From positions 183,924 to 203,923 of the forward strand of contig JBEWZL010000175.1 of the NCBI GenBank assembly GCA_045837725.1: a stretch of DNA of 20,000 bases, in the 5' to 3' direction. Source of the stretch: Vermamoeba vermiformis. Its lineage: Eukaryota. Of this stretch, positions 1 to 10,569 are shown piece by piece; positions within the stretch are counted from its first letter, which is position 1, and each line of letters begins with the position of its first letter. The position numbers and the translations under genes are program-made. The notes under the pieces are model-generated. The model was not told where the DNA came from and made no database searches. It saw nothing but the letters and a program-made list of their open reading frames with translations.

Positions 1-117
1 TGGTCTGTCAAATAAATCCGGGTTAGAGATCTGGCTTGTGGACCAAAAAATCCATTTTACTATTACCTTATTCTTTTCTAGAATGCCAGGTCGATGTTCT
101 GCTGCAATGACCGACAT
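1..117 (-). CDS. 5' portion of a minus-strand gene continuing off the left edge (MSVIAAEHRPGILEKNK|T...), product unknown
   Basis: ATG at 117 in AAAATG context, then a 51-nt exon (67-117). A canonical 62-nt intron follows at 5-66 (GTAATA donor, CTAAC branch, CAG acceptor). The intron is well supported; the start codon and frame are less certain. Confidence 0.4.
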   Translation of the reverse strand, partial: MSVIAAEHRPGILEKNKVIVKWIFWSTSQISNPDLFDRP

Positions 118-811
118 TTTCCCTTCTGTTTGAGCGGATCCACGGGCACTACAATAATATTCTACCTATAGATCTTGATGTAGCTTCTTGTGGATGCCGC
201 TACTATTTGAATTCAAATATATTTGGCAATAACGACAACCAAAAAGTGACTTTTTTTGGTGCGGAGCGGGCACGCGAGGAAACTTGTCTCTTTTCGGAGA
301 TCTCGCTATTTTTCAGATGTGGGATTGTCTACCGAACTTAACTAACCATAAATAAATAGTATTACAATATGTAGATAGATATTGTAGCAAAAGGGATTTA
401 AAAACGAAATAAAAATAAAAAAATTAAAAACGATATTTAATTTGGAGATAAATAACCAACTCCGTGCCACTGCTATTCTTTACATATTGGCTTGAATGGA
501 AATATTGAATTTAAAATATTACCTCATAGGAGGTTGATCGGATTTGAAATCCTCAGTTGGTTTACTGCAAGCTTCACCACGAATTATATATTCCAATGAA
601 TTTGTTGAATTATTCATGCTTTTTGTTTGTCCAACTGTGGTTGTGGTAAACAAATTCGAACGTCAAATAATAAGTGGCTTACTAATCACGGCGCTTTAAC
701 AGACCGTTTGACAAAGTAAACAAGGAGGGTTCAAATTTGTATAAATTTTTAGTTTATAGGCGCAATTCATTAGTTAATTCGTGCAGCTTGCTTCGGCTCT
801 GACAGATCGGT

Positions 812-3800
812 TTACACACGACGTAGCTTCGTTAAATCCACTTTCGAAAGATTCAATGTACTTCGATTAATGTCAAATAGATTCATGTTCTCCTCTTCTG
901 GCTTCTCGTAGCGAGTTTCAATCAGCGGATCGACGTCGATCGGAGAAACTCCACGTTTGTTCTTTATCGTGACTGACGCACCATGCTTCAAAAGCAGTCT
1001 TCGATGTCTATATTGGGCAATTGATAATGAAGCATTTTGAAGCAATTTCAATAAAGGTGTGTCGCCGTCATTATTTTGGTGGTCGATCTTCGCGCCTTTG
1101 GAGATCAGGTACTCCATGACTGCCGTAGTGTTCTTTTTTCCAACATAAATGCATGAAAGCATTGTATCTCCGTTCTTATCCTGCATATTGACGTCAACAC
1201 CAACTTTCTCGACCAAAAATTTGGTCAGCACTAAAATGCAAGTTGCTCTTTGGAAAAACACGTTAAATCCTGTCTTTTCGTAGAATTCCTGGATGTAATT
1301 TCGCACTTCGTTTGCAATAAACTCGATATTTTCTTCTGAAGCATAGTGAGCAAATGTTGCAATGACGCTTTCACCTGTAAAATTGACCGAGTTAGTCCGT
1401 CGAACATTTAAATAACTTGGTTTGATGCTCTAACATACGCTTGAGTGCTATTTTCAGATCTGCGACAAAAGTTTCGTGGCATATGTAATGTACGAATGAT
1501 CTGCCGTAGACATCACGCGCTTTCAAATCGATAATGTTTGTGGCCAATAGGTCTTCAATCGTCGGTGTGTAGCCAACAGCAGCCATCATAAGTGGAGTTC
1601 TATCCAATGGTCCTCGTTGATTGACGTCAGCTCCATTCTCTACAAGGCCTTTGACGACTTCTCGGCTGAAGTCCGCGAGTAAGCAAAAGTGCAACGGTGA
1701 TTCACCAAGGTGGTTCTTTTGGTTGATATCCACGTATTTAATGAGGAACTTTGTCACTTCAGGCGCGTCCTTTCCTGCACCATAACCGCTGAGTAGAATG
1801 TGCATTAACGTATTGCCATCGTTGTCGACAAACTTTGGATCTGCACCGAGAGCGATAAGCAGTTTGAGTTCTGCCGGCAGTTTGCCAACATAAATTGCAA
1901 TGGCTAACGGTGTCATTTGTCTGCCACGAGAATCATAATCAACCGTGTTGATATCAGCGCCGTATTCTATCAACTTGTTCAAGGTGTCGTTTTTGTCGTT
2001 AATAGCGACCTTTTTGCTGGCGTAAATGATTGGCAATGATTTCTTTCCTGATGACACGTTGACATCTGCACCATTTTGCAACAGAATTTGAACGTCTTTT
2101 TTGCGTTTGATTGCGTGCAATAGCGGTGTAAATCCAGTACTGTCTATGTGATTGATGTCTATTTTTGAAGCCATATAATTCGTTAATGGGTCTTTATCCA
2201 ATGTTATGATCGTTTCTATTAACGAGTGTCCATCGGAGTTTTCAGCGTGAAAATCTTCTCCCAATTCCTCGAAGAAATATTTGATGATGTCCAGGGGGTC
2301 TGTGCCTCTACTAGTAAACATAGCCTGAAGCACTCTTATATGGAAAAAAATCGATGGCTCTCCTTTATCGCTTTGCAGGTGTTTCAGCTGCCCAAATCTC
2401 CCACTTCCTCTTGTGGCATGTTGGCTGAAAAACCTATTTAGTGCCGGGAGTTTTAGTTTTGCCGGCTGTAACTTTGCCCTGTGACGTCTAAATTCACAAA
2501 ATGTGTGGTAATTATATGAATTGAACGCGTTCGTGGCTGGGTTGCATCCATTTTCGTCTTCATTAGTTAAATCTAGATATGGCAATAAACGGTCAAGACC
2601 TTCTGTGGAGTCTTTGATATCAAAGGCGAGTGGGGTATCTGCACAATTCACTATTGTCATCATTGCTTCCGGATCTCCGATCATTTCAATGATGTCTGCT
2701 GTTCTTTTCGGGCTCTTTAAAAACAATTTTTCTACAGCGCTACGAACGTCTACAGTTGGCGGTAAGTGTTTCGAACAGTTCTTCAAGTAACTATCGATAT
2801 CTTCGGAATCACATTGTGCGAGTAAGACAAACGTTTGCCAAAAATCTATAATGCCGTGTTGGTTCATTAAATTGACCGTGAACGCGGGTAAAGCACTATT
2901 CATTTTGATTTGTTCTTGTTCTAAGGCTGTCCATGTCACACATAACGGTGGAAAAATAAAGCAAGGCGCTCGCTGTCGTAGATCTGCTTCGTATTCTGCT
3001 GAAGTCACTCTAGCCTCTAATAGCTCGTAAACTTTGCCCACTAGCAGAGAGTTAATTAAATAAGTCAATGGTGTTCGTCCATATGAGGAGGTGTAGTGAT
3101 GATAGCTGGTCGCTGACAGATCAAAAGAATACTGTTCATGATAGGGTCGAGGAAGGTGCTTGAAATTGGTTATAATTTTGAATTTCGCTTGCGTTGTGCT
3201 CTCATTATCCACGACTTTCTTAATTAAATACATCGTCTGGAGGTTCGGAAACAGATCTTCGAAAATGTTGGGTTGGAAAGCCGCATCTGGCGGAAGAACC
3301 ACTTCTAGCTCTTTAACACTTGGAAACGCTCTTTTCTTGTCCATCTTAAATTTATCTGCTTGGAATGTTGACCCCAATTTCAATCGCGTGACGTTTGGGA
3401 ATAAGCGCAGAAATGACAGATGATCTGCCAGGATCGACAAAGTTGAGACTTGTAAAAATAGTGGCAATTCTTTAGTTGATTGTTTGCTAGGGCCTTCATT
3501 AGTAGGGCATTCTTCTTCGCGGAAATCGATGTTGAGAAGAGGCGGAATTTCAGAAACAAAAACCACCGTGCGCAACTTGTTGGATGCGTTGATAACTTGA
3601 TTTAAGACAGCCATATTACTTCCCATCTCTGATATAATTATTGTGTCCACATTGTATGTTGATAGAGTCTTCACGCTTCGTTTTCCGACAAACGCATCTT
3701 TCAACGAAACTACAATTTGCTTAGAAGCTGTCGATTGCACCGCCGCTTTACGCCAAAATTTGCAAACAAATATAAACGATTTTATCCACGTTTCAAAATC

Positions 3801-3851
3801 GAAATATTTGAAGATCTGGTTTGCTATGATTTCAAGCGGTAGACTGTCCAT
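812..3851 (-). CDS. F-box + ankyrin-repeat protein, about 991 aa, 2 coding exons (3851-1439, 1374-812)
   Basis: N-terminal F-box pattern (LPLEIIANQIFKYFD...FVCKFWR), then an LRR-like stretch (FPNVTRLKL, FPSVKELEV, FPNLQTMYL). Many ankyrin repeats follow (GFTPLLHA, GADVN, GESPLH, RTPLMMA, GDTPLL). A 64-nt phase-1 intron at 1375-1438 (GTATGT...ACTAAC...CAG) joins ORF 1392-3851 in frame to ORF 812-1306. Confidence 0.88.
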
Positions 3852-3866
3852 CTTAGATTCCCTGTC

Positions 3867-3928
3867 CTGCGATGTAATTAGATTGATATAATGCCGTACT
3901 AGCTAGATCAGTTTATTTTTAAAATTAC
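3867..3928 (-). other. Probable 5'-UTR intron of the F-box/ankyrin gene
   Basis: GTAATT donor, CTAAT branch and CAG acceptor 15 nt upstream of the ATG at 3851; 62 nt long, typical for this genome. The upstream exon has no in-frame ATG before a TAA. Confidence 0.55.
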
Positions 3929-4124
3929 CCTTAGGTTGTCTTCTTGTCTGTTGTGGAAAGCGAAATATGAATTTTGTGGATCACAAAAGTTGTATCCTCG
4001 GCTAGAAGAGGCAGCTAAGGTATGGTTCGCATAAAATACTTGGGGTGGTGTTTATATAGTACAATAAATTAAAACAAAATTAGAGGTCTCAAGGAAACTT
4101 GAAGATCAGAACAGGTTTTTAGCC

Positions 4125-7100
4125 TTATTTTTTCTTCTTCTCCTTCTCTTTTTCTTTCTCTTTTTCCTTTTCTTTCTTCTTCTTATCGGAGTCTTTTCGT
4201 ATAGGGCTGCTTGGAGAACTAACGTTGTGGATGGCGTTGTCGGAGCTAACATCCAGAGGACTTCCATTTGGCGGCGTACTGTTGCTTGGATGAGGTCCGG
4301 GTGAGTCTGAGTCATCACTCGATCTATCCGATGCGTCCCTAATTGCATCTAAATCGCTATGAGATCCCTCAAGAGATCCCTCAAGTTCTGATCTCTTTTT
4401 GTCTTTCCTATTAACGAGTAAAATCATTAGCATCAGTAGTTAACTATAATATACTACTAACAACTTACCTCGAATTAATTTTCTTCTTTTCGAATTTTTC
4501 ATCGCCATAGACGCTGGTGGATCTCTTTCGCCAGCCGAGTCGGATCTTGATCATATCCTTCTTCGATTTGTCTTGGCTCTTTCGGAGACTAGGGCTTACA
4601 GCTATATGAAGTTTATTAGTGCCTTGTTCATACTTACTTCCGACCGAATTAATTTCGAGATCAAGATCGAGTACTTACATCTCTTTGGAGACTCGCCACC
4701 GTCGTCACTAGTATCGATACTATCCGTGAGACCTGCAACAGCGTTCTTGCCCTCGTTGTAATAACTGAGCTCTGGATTAGGACGCAATTTCTTATAGCCT
4801 TCAAGTGCTTCATCAATGTCTTTTTGCAGCGCCATTTGATTAAGATCTTGATGGTTTTCAGGAATTACTACGGCCAAGCAGCTCTTGATTACTTTCAAAA
4901 TATCTTCGATAGCAATGTCGTCAGAGCCCTTAGACAAGCTCTCCTTCAAATACTACAAAAGAGTTAGATCGAGCAAAAAAGTAGCCTGATCCACTTTTAA
5001 ACTTACGCTAACAGTGCTCTTCCAGAACGGGACCATAATCATATCAAAGCACGTTTTAGCGGTAAACTTTCGCAGGACTTCAAATTGGGAGATCAAGTAG
5101 ATGGCCACCGCATCCACCGCTTTGTGGAACCGTTTGGGAGCCTTATGGTATCCCTTAGCGAAGATATTTTCAACTTCAGCCTTGCTCGTGATCAACAACT
5201 ATAATACCATTTGTTAGCTCCCTGTCAAAGCCTACATAGCCTCAGAATAGTGCTCAAATGTAACACGTACCAAGTGCACGAACATGTTGACCATTGATTG
5301 TGTGATTTTCTGCAGCAAGGCGATGAGCTTCTTAGCGTTATCGCTCCATAGTTCCATCAAATCATCGGCAGCAACGCGTTCTAATTGCTTTAAGAACTCA
5401 TATAAACTGTTCAACTTGACGAGACTCTGCATCAGAATTTGAACTGCGCGTCCTTTCTTCAACATTTTGCGCGCTCGCTTAGGCGTCAAAATTGCAAGGG
5501 CTGGCTTGACCATTTCCAGTGCCCACAATCGGATCACACCGTGATCACGCACCTCATCTGCTTGGTTCGGATCCTCTCTGTAAAAGTGTCAAAAAAGTGA
5601 CACGTGTCAAGATATTTGAACTACTTACAAGAAGTCTTCTTTAGTACGAACACTAGGACTCGAGTTTCTTCGTGCCAATTTGTTTGGTTTTTCGCCGCTG
5701 CTGTTCAAGCCATGATCACCACTATTGAACAACGTGCTCTTCTTCCTCTTCACCTTTTTGTCATCACCATCCAACGAGGGAATAGATCCGTCAAAATTGA
5801 GTCGGTTGAAATAAATCTCGGCAAAATTCAACTCGATTTCGCTTGGGAAATCTCCCAAGAACAGATTGAACACGTTTTCGGTGTATCGATTAGCCACGTG
5901 ACAAACAGACTGGGAAATCACGTTAGTCTTATATTATTGACTATTCCTTAATAATAAAGTAAGACTTACTCGTCCGAAGATGAAGTGCAGGCCCTTGATC
6001 TCTTCTTCATTGGTATCGATAAGTTTGTTCTGGACGATTGATTTCAAAAATGCCATAGTCTTGTCCACCTTTGCGAAGAATTTATCGACAGAGATGGAAT
6101 GGTATCGCTTGTTGGATTCATCAGCAAACATTGGTCGCCACTTAAAATAATAAGGCAAGTTAGATATTGATTCAAAAAGGTATTTAGGAATCTAATTATT
6201 ATGAGAACGATATGTTACCTTTTCATTTCTACATGCTTTGTTGACCCACATTTTCCAACTCTCTTCAACTTCGCGAATCCATCGATCCGCAAACTGACCG
6301 AACAGATTCGGAATGGGATATCCTTCAAACCTATAAAAACGATTAATATATGATATAAATAATGCTTTAACTAATTAATAGCGCAATGGATCTTTGTTCA
6401 GTAATTAGTTTAAGGTAGCTCGTTTTTCTTCGTCAAAGTTAAATAAGACAAATGCCGAAGTCATCATTGAAAGACCAATATTAAATAATATTATATATCA
6501 TACTGATACTTACTCAGGCAAGTATTTTTGCAAACTTAAGCTCATTTCTTTGATTCTGAGACCAGATTCCAAAACACTTTTCGCTGAAAACCAACGCGCG
6601 TACTTGCTGACATATAGCTGCAGATATTTCGTGTTAGAATTATATGACATACAACATGATATTGATATTATGACTTACCCTGATGTCTTGATAAAGAAAG
6701 GCGGTGAATAGCTTTCGGAAAATATCTTCTAGCTCAATGCCGTTTCTAAAAACACGTCAGTAAACAGCGGTAATCGCTCCGTAGAAATAATTTTTACCTT
6801 CGTAGCAGCTGATGGAACGGTTTGATCGCTTCAAAATCCTTCAAAACTGCATCGCACAAAGCCATCATTTGCTTCGGCGAAAGTTTTCGTTCACCACGCG
6901 CCACTAACCTCTTGCCAAAAGTGATTGGCTGAGCTTCACTTGGTGCGTTCGGATCTGAAAACCCGGCAGTATTTCGAGCTAGATAAGCCTCGCTCATTGA
7001 CGGCTCTTCTTCGCTATCCACTGTCGCGAAACTGGAGCTCAAAGACGGAGATATTTTCGTCTCGCCAGTGATACTGACAGCGTCGACAGCGACATTTCCG

Positions 7101-10100
7101 TTGGCACCATTTGCTCCATTTTGATCTTTGGTGTCGTACAAGATCTCCTTGTCTTTGCGCTTGTCTTTCTCTTTCTCTTTTCGTTCTTCGCGCTCTTTTT
7201 CTTTGGACTCGTCCTCAGGTTTGTTCGCGTCATTGCCACCACTCGCGTCATGACTATATTCGGCGATAGTCTGCACAACAACGAACTCACGCTCTTCTTC
7301 GCACGAGAACAACAGATCTCTGTATCGCGCTCGAATAGCAATCTAAAAAATCAATTAGTTGCGTGCTACTGACGAGAATGGAGTACCAAATTGACACTTT
7401 GACACGTGTCAAAGGTAATGTTTTCGACCATACCTCTGTACAATGGTGCAACTGGTGAGCGAATGCCTCGTACTTCATGACATCAGTAGGCAAGCGCAGA
7501 ACTTTGCCGCAGTCCATCAGCGTTATAAGCACTTTCATGCACATTTTGAACGGTGTCAAGTCATCGGCGTCGAAGTATCGGAACATATTACACAAGTAGT
7601 GATTAACGTCATCGCAAATCTTTTCCACTAAATCTCTGAACGACTCGATCTGCAGATAAAAATAACGTTAGATCCGTCTATTTTGGATGGGGGTTAATTC
7701 GTATTAAGTTGTTATTACCTCTTTCAAGCTGTACAAATTTCTTTTGAATGAAGACCAAGTTCGTTTCAGAACAACATGCAACACGACTAACTTATCAAAT
7801 TTACATTCAAGTCGTGAGAACGCATGATTCAGGGCACTAAAAACACCAACAGTAAGTAAATATAAAATATATAGTATTATAATGCTACGTACGTTAAGTT
7901 CTGATAAATAGGGCTAATGCCAAATCTAGACGCAAATTCTTTTAAGAGCCACAAAGTGAACGGTGATTGGTTGAAAAAGATGCTCTCCCAATCATAACCA
8001 TCGCTACTACCGCTCTCTAAATTAATAATATTTGTTAATTTGGGAATATTCTCGTTACATCCGTCATTGAAAATAATAATTTACCTTCTTTGTTCAAAAT
8101 TACTTCGGGGTCGAATGGAGCCTCGTTTGAAAGTTTGTCGAGGTGTTCTGAGAGCAGATCCAAGTACTTATTCAACTTCAATACGCGCCCTTGTTGTCCT
8201 AATACATTTGCCTCGTCGAATGCCGTCAAGGTATTGAACAGTAGTTCGTACCGCTTGCCACTACAAAATTAAAATTAAAATCTGAAAAAATATTCTGAGC
8301 GAATCTAATCATAAATTTCGATGATTGCGCGTCGAAAAATAATATTTTTAATTTTTTTGAGTCGATCTTTGTAACTTACGCAGGAAAAAATGGCGCAATA
8401 GTAGTATCAGGCTTGAAAGGGTTCATCATTCGATTTCGCTGCTCTTCTTCCACTTTGTCGATGATATCATCTGTAATATCATGGTCCATAGACTGAGATA
8501 ACGACAAATCATCGCTGTTCATCGATTCCTAAAACAATTCTCAATATTTTTACCATAAAAGGAAAATCAAATAATCAACTCGTTGTTTAATTCCTAGATA
8601 GAAGAAATACGTAATTATACTATACTATACTTACGCTCAATCTATATATGCGTTTAATAATTTTCTGCATTCTCTTTTCTTCAGCTTGCATCCATTCTTC
8701 ATGTTTTTGTTCCTGTAGAACTTCGCGTTAATATTGAGCTTCGAAAGAAATGCGAACCGTAATTAACGGTTGTCGCGACTTACATTTAAGAAGGTATCTC
8801 GCCTATAGAACGGATGCTTATCTACCGCACCAATTTGCGTCAACAGATCTGCTTTAATGTCCTAAGAAAAAAATGGTGATTAGATATATTAAGTTATATT
8901 AGTGAAATACCATAAATGTTGTTCGTCGGAATTAATACAGAAGAGCTCAATTAGGAAATTTAATTTAAATTATGAAGTCCGCTTCGATTTTTCCGACTCA
9001 AAACAATTTGTCGTGCATTTGCCTACCTGATAATTATAGCTTCCCTTAGCATTAGTAGAAAACTCTAAATGCTTCTCATCGTCATTAACATTGAATGCAG
9101 ATCGCAGTCGATCGAGCAGATCTTCGGTTGAAAACGAATGAAAGGACTTTGGCTTGCTTTTCTTCGGTAGAACTGGGAATAATATACATCGCATAGCATC
9201 TATATACAAAGGACCAAGCTAGAAACAAATTACACGTTAGTTAAAATCATCGCACAATTCAAAACAGAATTCTGATCTGAAAATTTTGTAGCACTCAGTA
9301 GAAATATATTATGATATAAAATGTACTTAATTGTAGTAACAGTTATTAATTGAATTTAAAGCATTGAAAAATCATTGCAAATTAGATCTTCGATCTGAAC
9401 GCGAGTTGATCAGCAGCAGATCGCATAAAAATCTTATAGATACGTCGATTTAATGTCAATAAAACTTTCGATGAGTTTTCTAGCTGCTTTTTGTCCAATG
9501 AAGCGGTTTTAGATCCACCCGAAAAATTAATGCGGTAAAAGTAATTGAGATTTCATAATAATCCTCGATTAGGGACTATCTAACCGATTGAATATACTCG
9601 TAGTGTACAGTATAATAAGCATTTCAACTTACTTCTTGATCATCTGTACCGTGGCTTTTTGTGGCGCTAACAAATGATTCAGTAATTCGTACTGTCTCAT
9701 TAGCTGACTGAGAAAAGACGAACAGAGTTTTCTAAAATAGCATATTAGTAAACTTGACCTATATGAACATTTTTATATCATAAAAAGCTGTAATACACGG
9801 GTGGCCACGAATTTTTTGCAAGTATTGCGTTGAATTAGTGATTTGTGGTTTGTACTAATGATTCGATTACCAAAATAACAATAATGCGAAATCGTCAGCT
9901 TATGTATCAATAACTTGCTATGATATCGATAAGAGTTCGATAAACGAGTAAATTTCTCTGGATCGAACTCAATTTTTCTTTAGAGAATCGTCAGAGGACT
10001 TACTTGCTCAGTGAATCGTACTCCTTTACGACGAGGAGAGCTTAATGAATGTTTTCTAGCCCCAGAAGTGCTTAAGGGCCTTCGTTCTGTGCTTGAGGCG

Positions 10101-10189
10101 GTGTCCGTATCCGCCGTGGAGATGTCATCCCTAGAAACGTCCAGTATTTTAAATGAGAGTTTCTTTCGACGAATAGCTCGACACTTCAT
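4125..10189 (-). CDS. Munc13-homology (MUN/MHD1) domain protein, UNC-13/BAIAP3/fungal Git1-like, about 1294 aa, 21 exons
   Basis: Phase-consistent exons: 10189-10004, 9731-9633, 9218-9027, 8861-8784, 8712-8635, 8528-8380, 8260-8085, 8016-7893, 7836-7719, 7649-7434, 7342-6798, 6745-6679, 6617-6514, 6330-6219, 6140-5970, 5909-5629, 5577-5271, 5198-5007, 4952-4679, 4601-4469, 4407-4125 (3885 nt). Recalled motif matches: LLKEFASRFGISPIYQNLT vs Munc13 IVDEFAMRYGVESIYQAMT; an MHD1-like FADRWIREVEESWKMWVNKACRNEKWRP...HSISVDKFF; LYIDAMRCILF...LLDRLRSAFNV vs the Munc13-4 N-terminus. Confidence 0.82.
4128..4183 (-). repeat. Low-complexity Lys/Glu tail (KKKEKEKEKEKEKEKKKK) of the MUN protein
   Basis: Pyrimidine run on the + strand encoding KE repeats in the last exon. 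A 2x12-bp tandem repeat GAGATCCCTCAA (4361-4384, LEGSLEGS) lies in the same exon. Confidence 0.85.
5598..5609. repeat. Intronic palindrome TGACACGTGTCA
   Basis: Perfect 12-bp palindrome inside the 51-nt intron 5578-5628, with an extra AAAGTGTCAA half-site at 5583-5592. Confidence 0.8.
6389..6476 (-). ncRNA. Intronic box C/D snoRNA, U15 (SNORD15)/snR13-like, predicted guide for LSU rRNA 2'-O-methylation
   Basis: Minus strand reads: ggtcttt-ca-ATGATGA (box C, 6467-6461)-cttc-GGCATTTG-t-CTTA (D', 6447-6444)...TTGACGA (C', 6436-6430)...GCTACCTTAA (6419-6410)...CTGA (box D, 6401-6398)-ac-aaagatc. There is a 7-bp terminal stem with one G-U pair. Both elements are antisense to adjacent parts of the conserved LSU rRNA string TTAAGGTAGCCAAATGCC. 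It lies in the oversized 183-nt intron 6331-6513, with box D 67 nt from the 3' splice site. Confidence 0.8.
7397..7414. repeat. Intronic palindrome CTTTGACACGTGTCAAAG
   Basis: Perfect 18-bp palindrome inside intron 7343-7433, overlapping an extra TTGACACTTT half-site at 7391-7400. Confidence 0.85.
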
Positions 10190-10569
10190 TGTATGGTATC
10201 AAAGTATAATTTTGTATTGAAATGATAACCGTGTAGAAATTTGACAGTTGATCTGGAGAAGATGCACAAACAAAATTTCCGTTTGTTGGCTGATTTAAAT
10301 ATTACCTCGATGTCTTGACTTCACGATTTCTAATTTTGTCTACTTGTGGTAGCTGTATTTTATCAAATTAATGCGTCGGCAATTTTTTTTTTGAATGATC
10401 CAATTATTTTTACCTGCAATTTAATTTCACGTTTTGAACTCGTTCTTATTGCTTTGCTGCTCACTGATAATAATACTTGGCCATTATTTTCATCCGCAGG
10501 TTGCGTCTGATTATTATTCGCTGGCGAATTATTATTTTCTTGCGGAGGGCCGTTGTTATTGGCTTCCAT
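10186..10569 (-). CDS. Putative spliced 89-aa upstream ORF or small gene (Asn/Gln/Pro-rich N-terminus), or a cryptic N-terminal extension of the MUN gene
   Basis: Exons 10569-10414, 10352-10306 and 10252-10186 are joined by canonical 61-nt and 53-nt introns. A further leader intron lies at 10577-10660. The TGA (10188-10186) overlaps the MUN ATG (10189-10187). Confidence 0.45.

Noticed and set aside
528..590. Resemblance to tRNA-Sec: + strand CGGAT...ATCCTCAGTTGGT...TGCAAGCTTCA, and - strand GGA-TTTCAAA-TCC (UCA loop)
   Set aside because: No D-stem pairing, only a 3-bp anticodon stem, and no T-arm or acceptor stem on either strand. Treated as chance; tRNAscan-SE/Secmarker would settle it.
2226..3891. 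Plus-strand ORFs 2226-2441, 2521-2790, 3160-3423 and 3643-3891
   Set aside because: Antisense shadows of the F-box/ankyrin exon with no recognisable motifs.
4602..4637. Second perfect GTAAGT donor at 4637 in the MUN gene
   Set aside because: Splicing it to the acceptor at 4602 gives a 36-nt intron and an immediate stop (CTG TAA). The donor at 4678 keeps the frame.
8529..8593. Possible extra small exon after the TAG acceptor at 8594
   Set aside because: It reads into a stop in the required frame; direct splicing of 8635 to 8528 is in phase.
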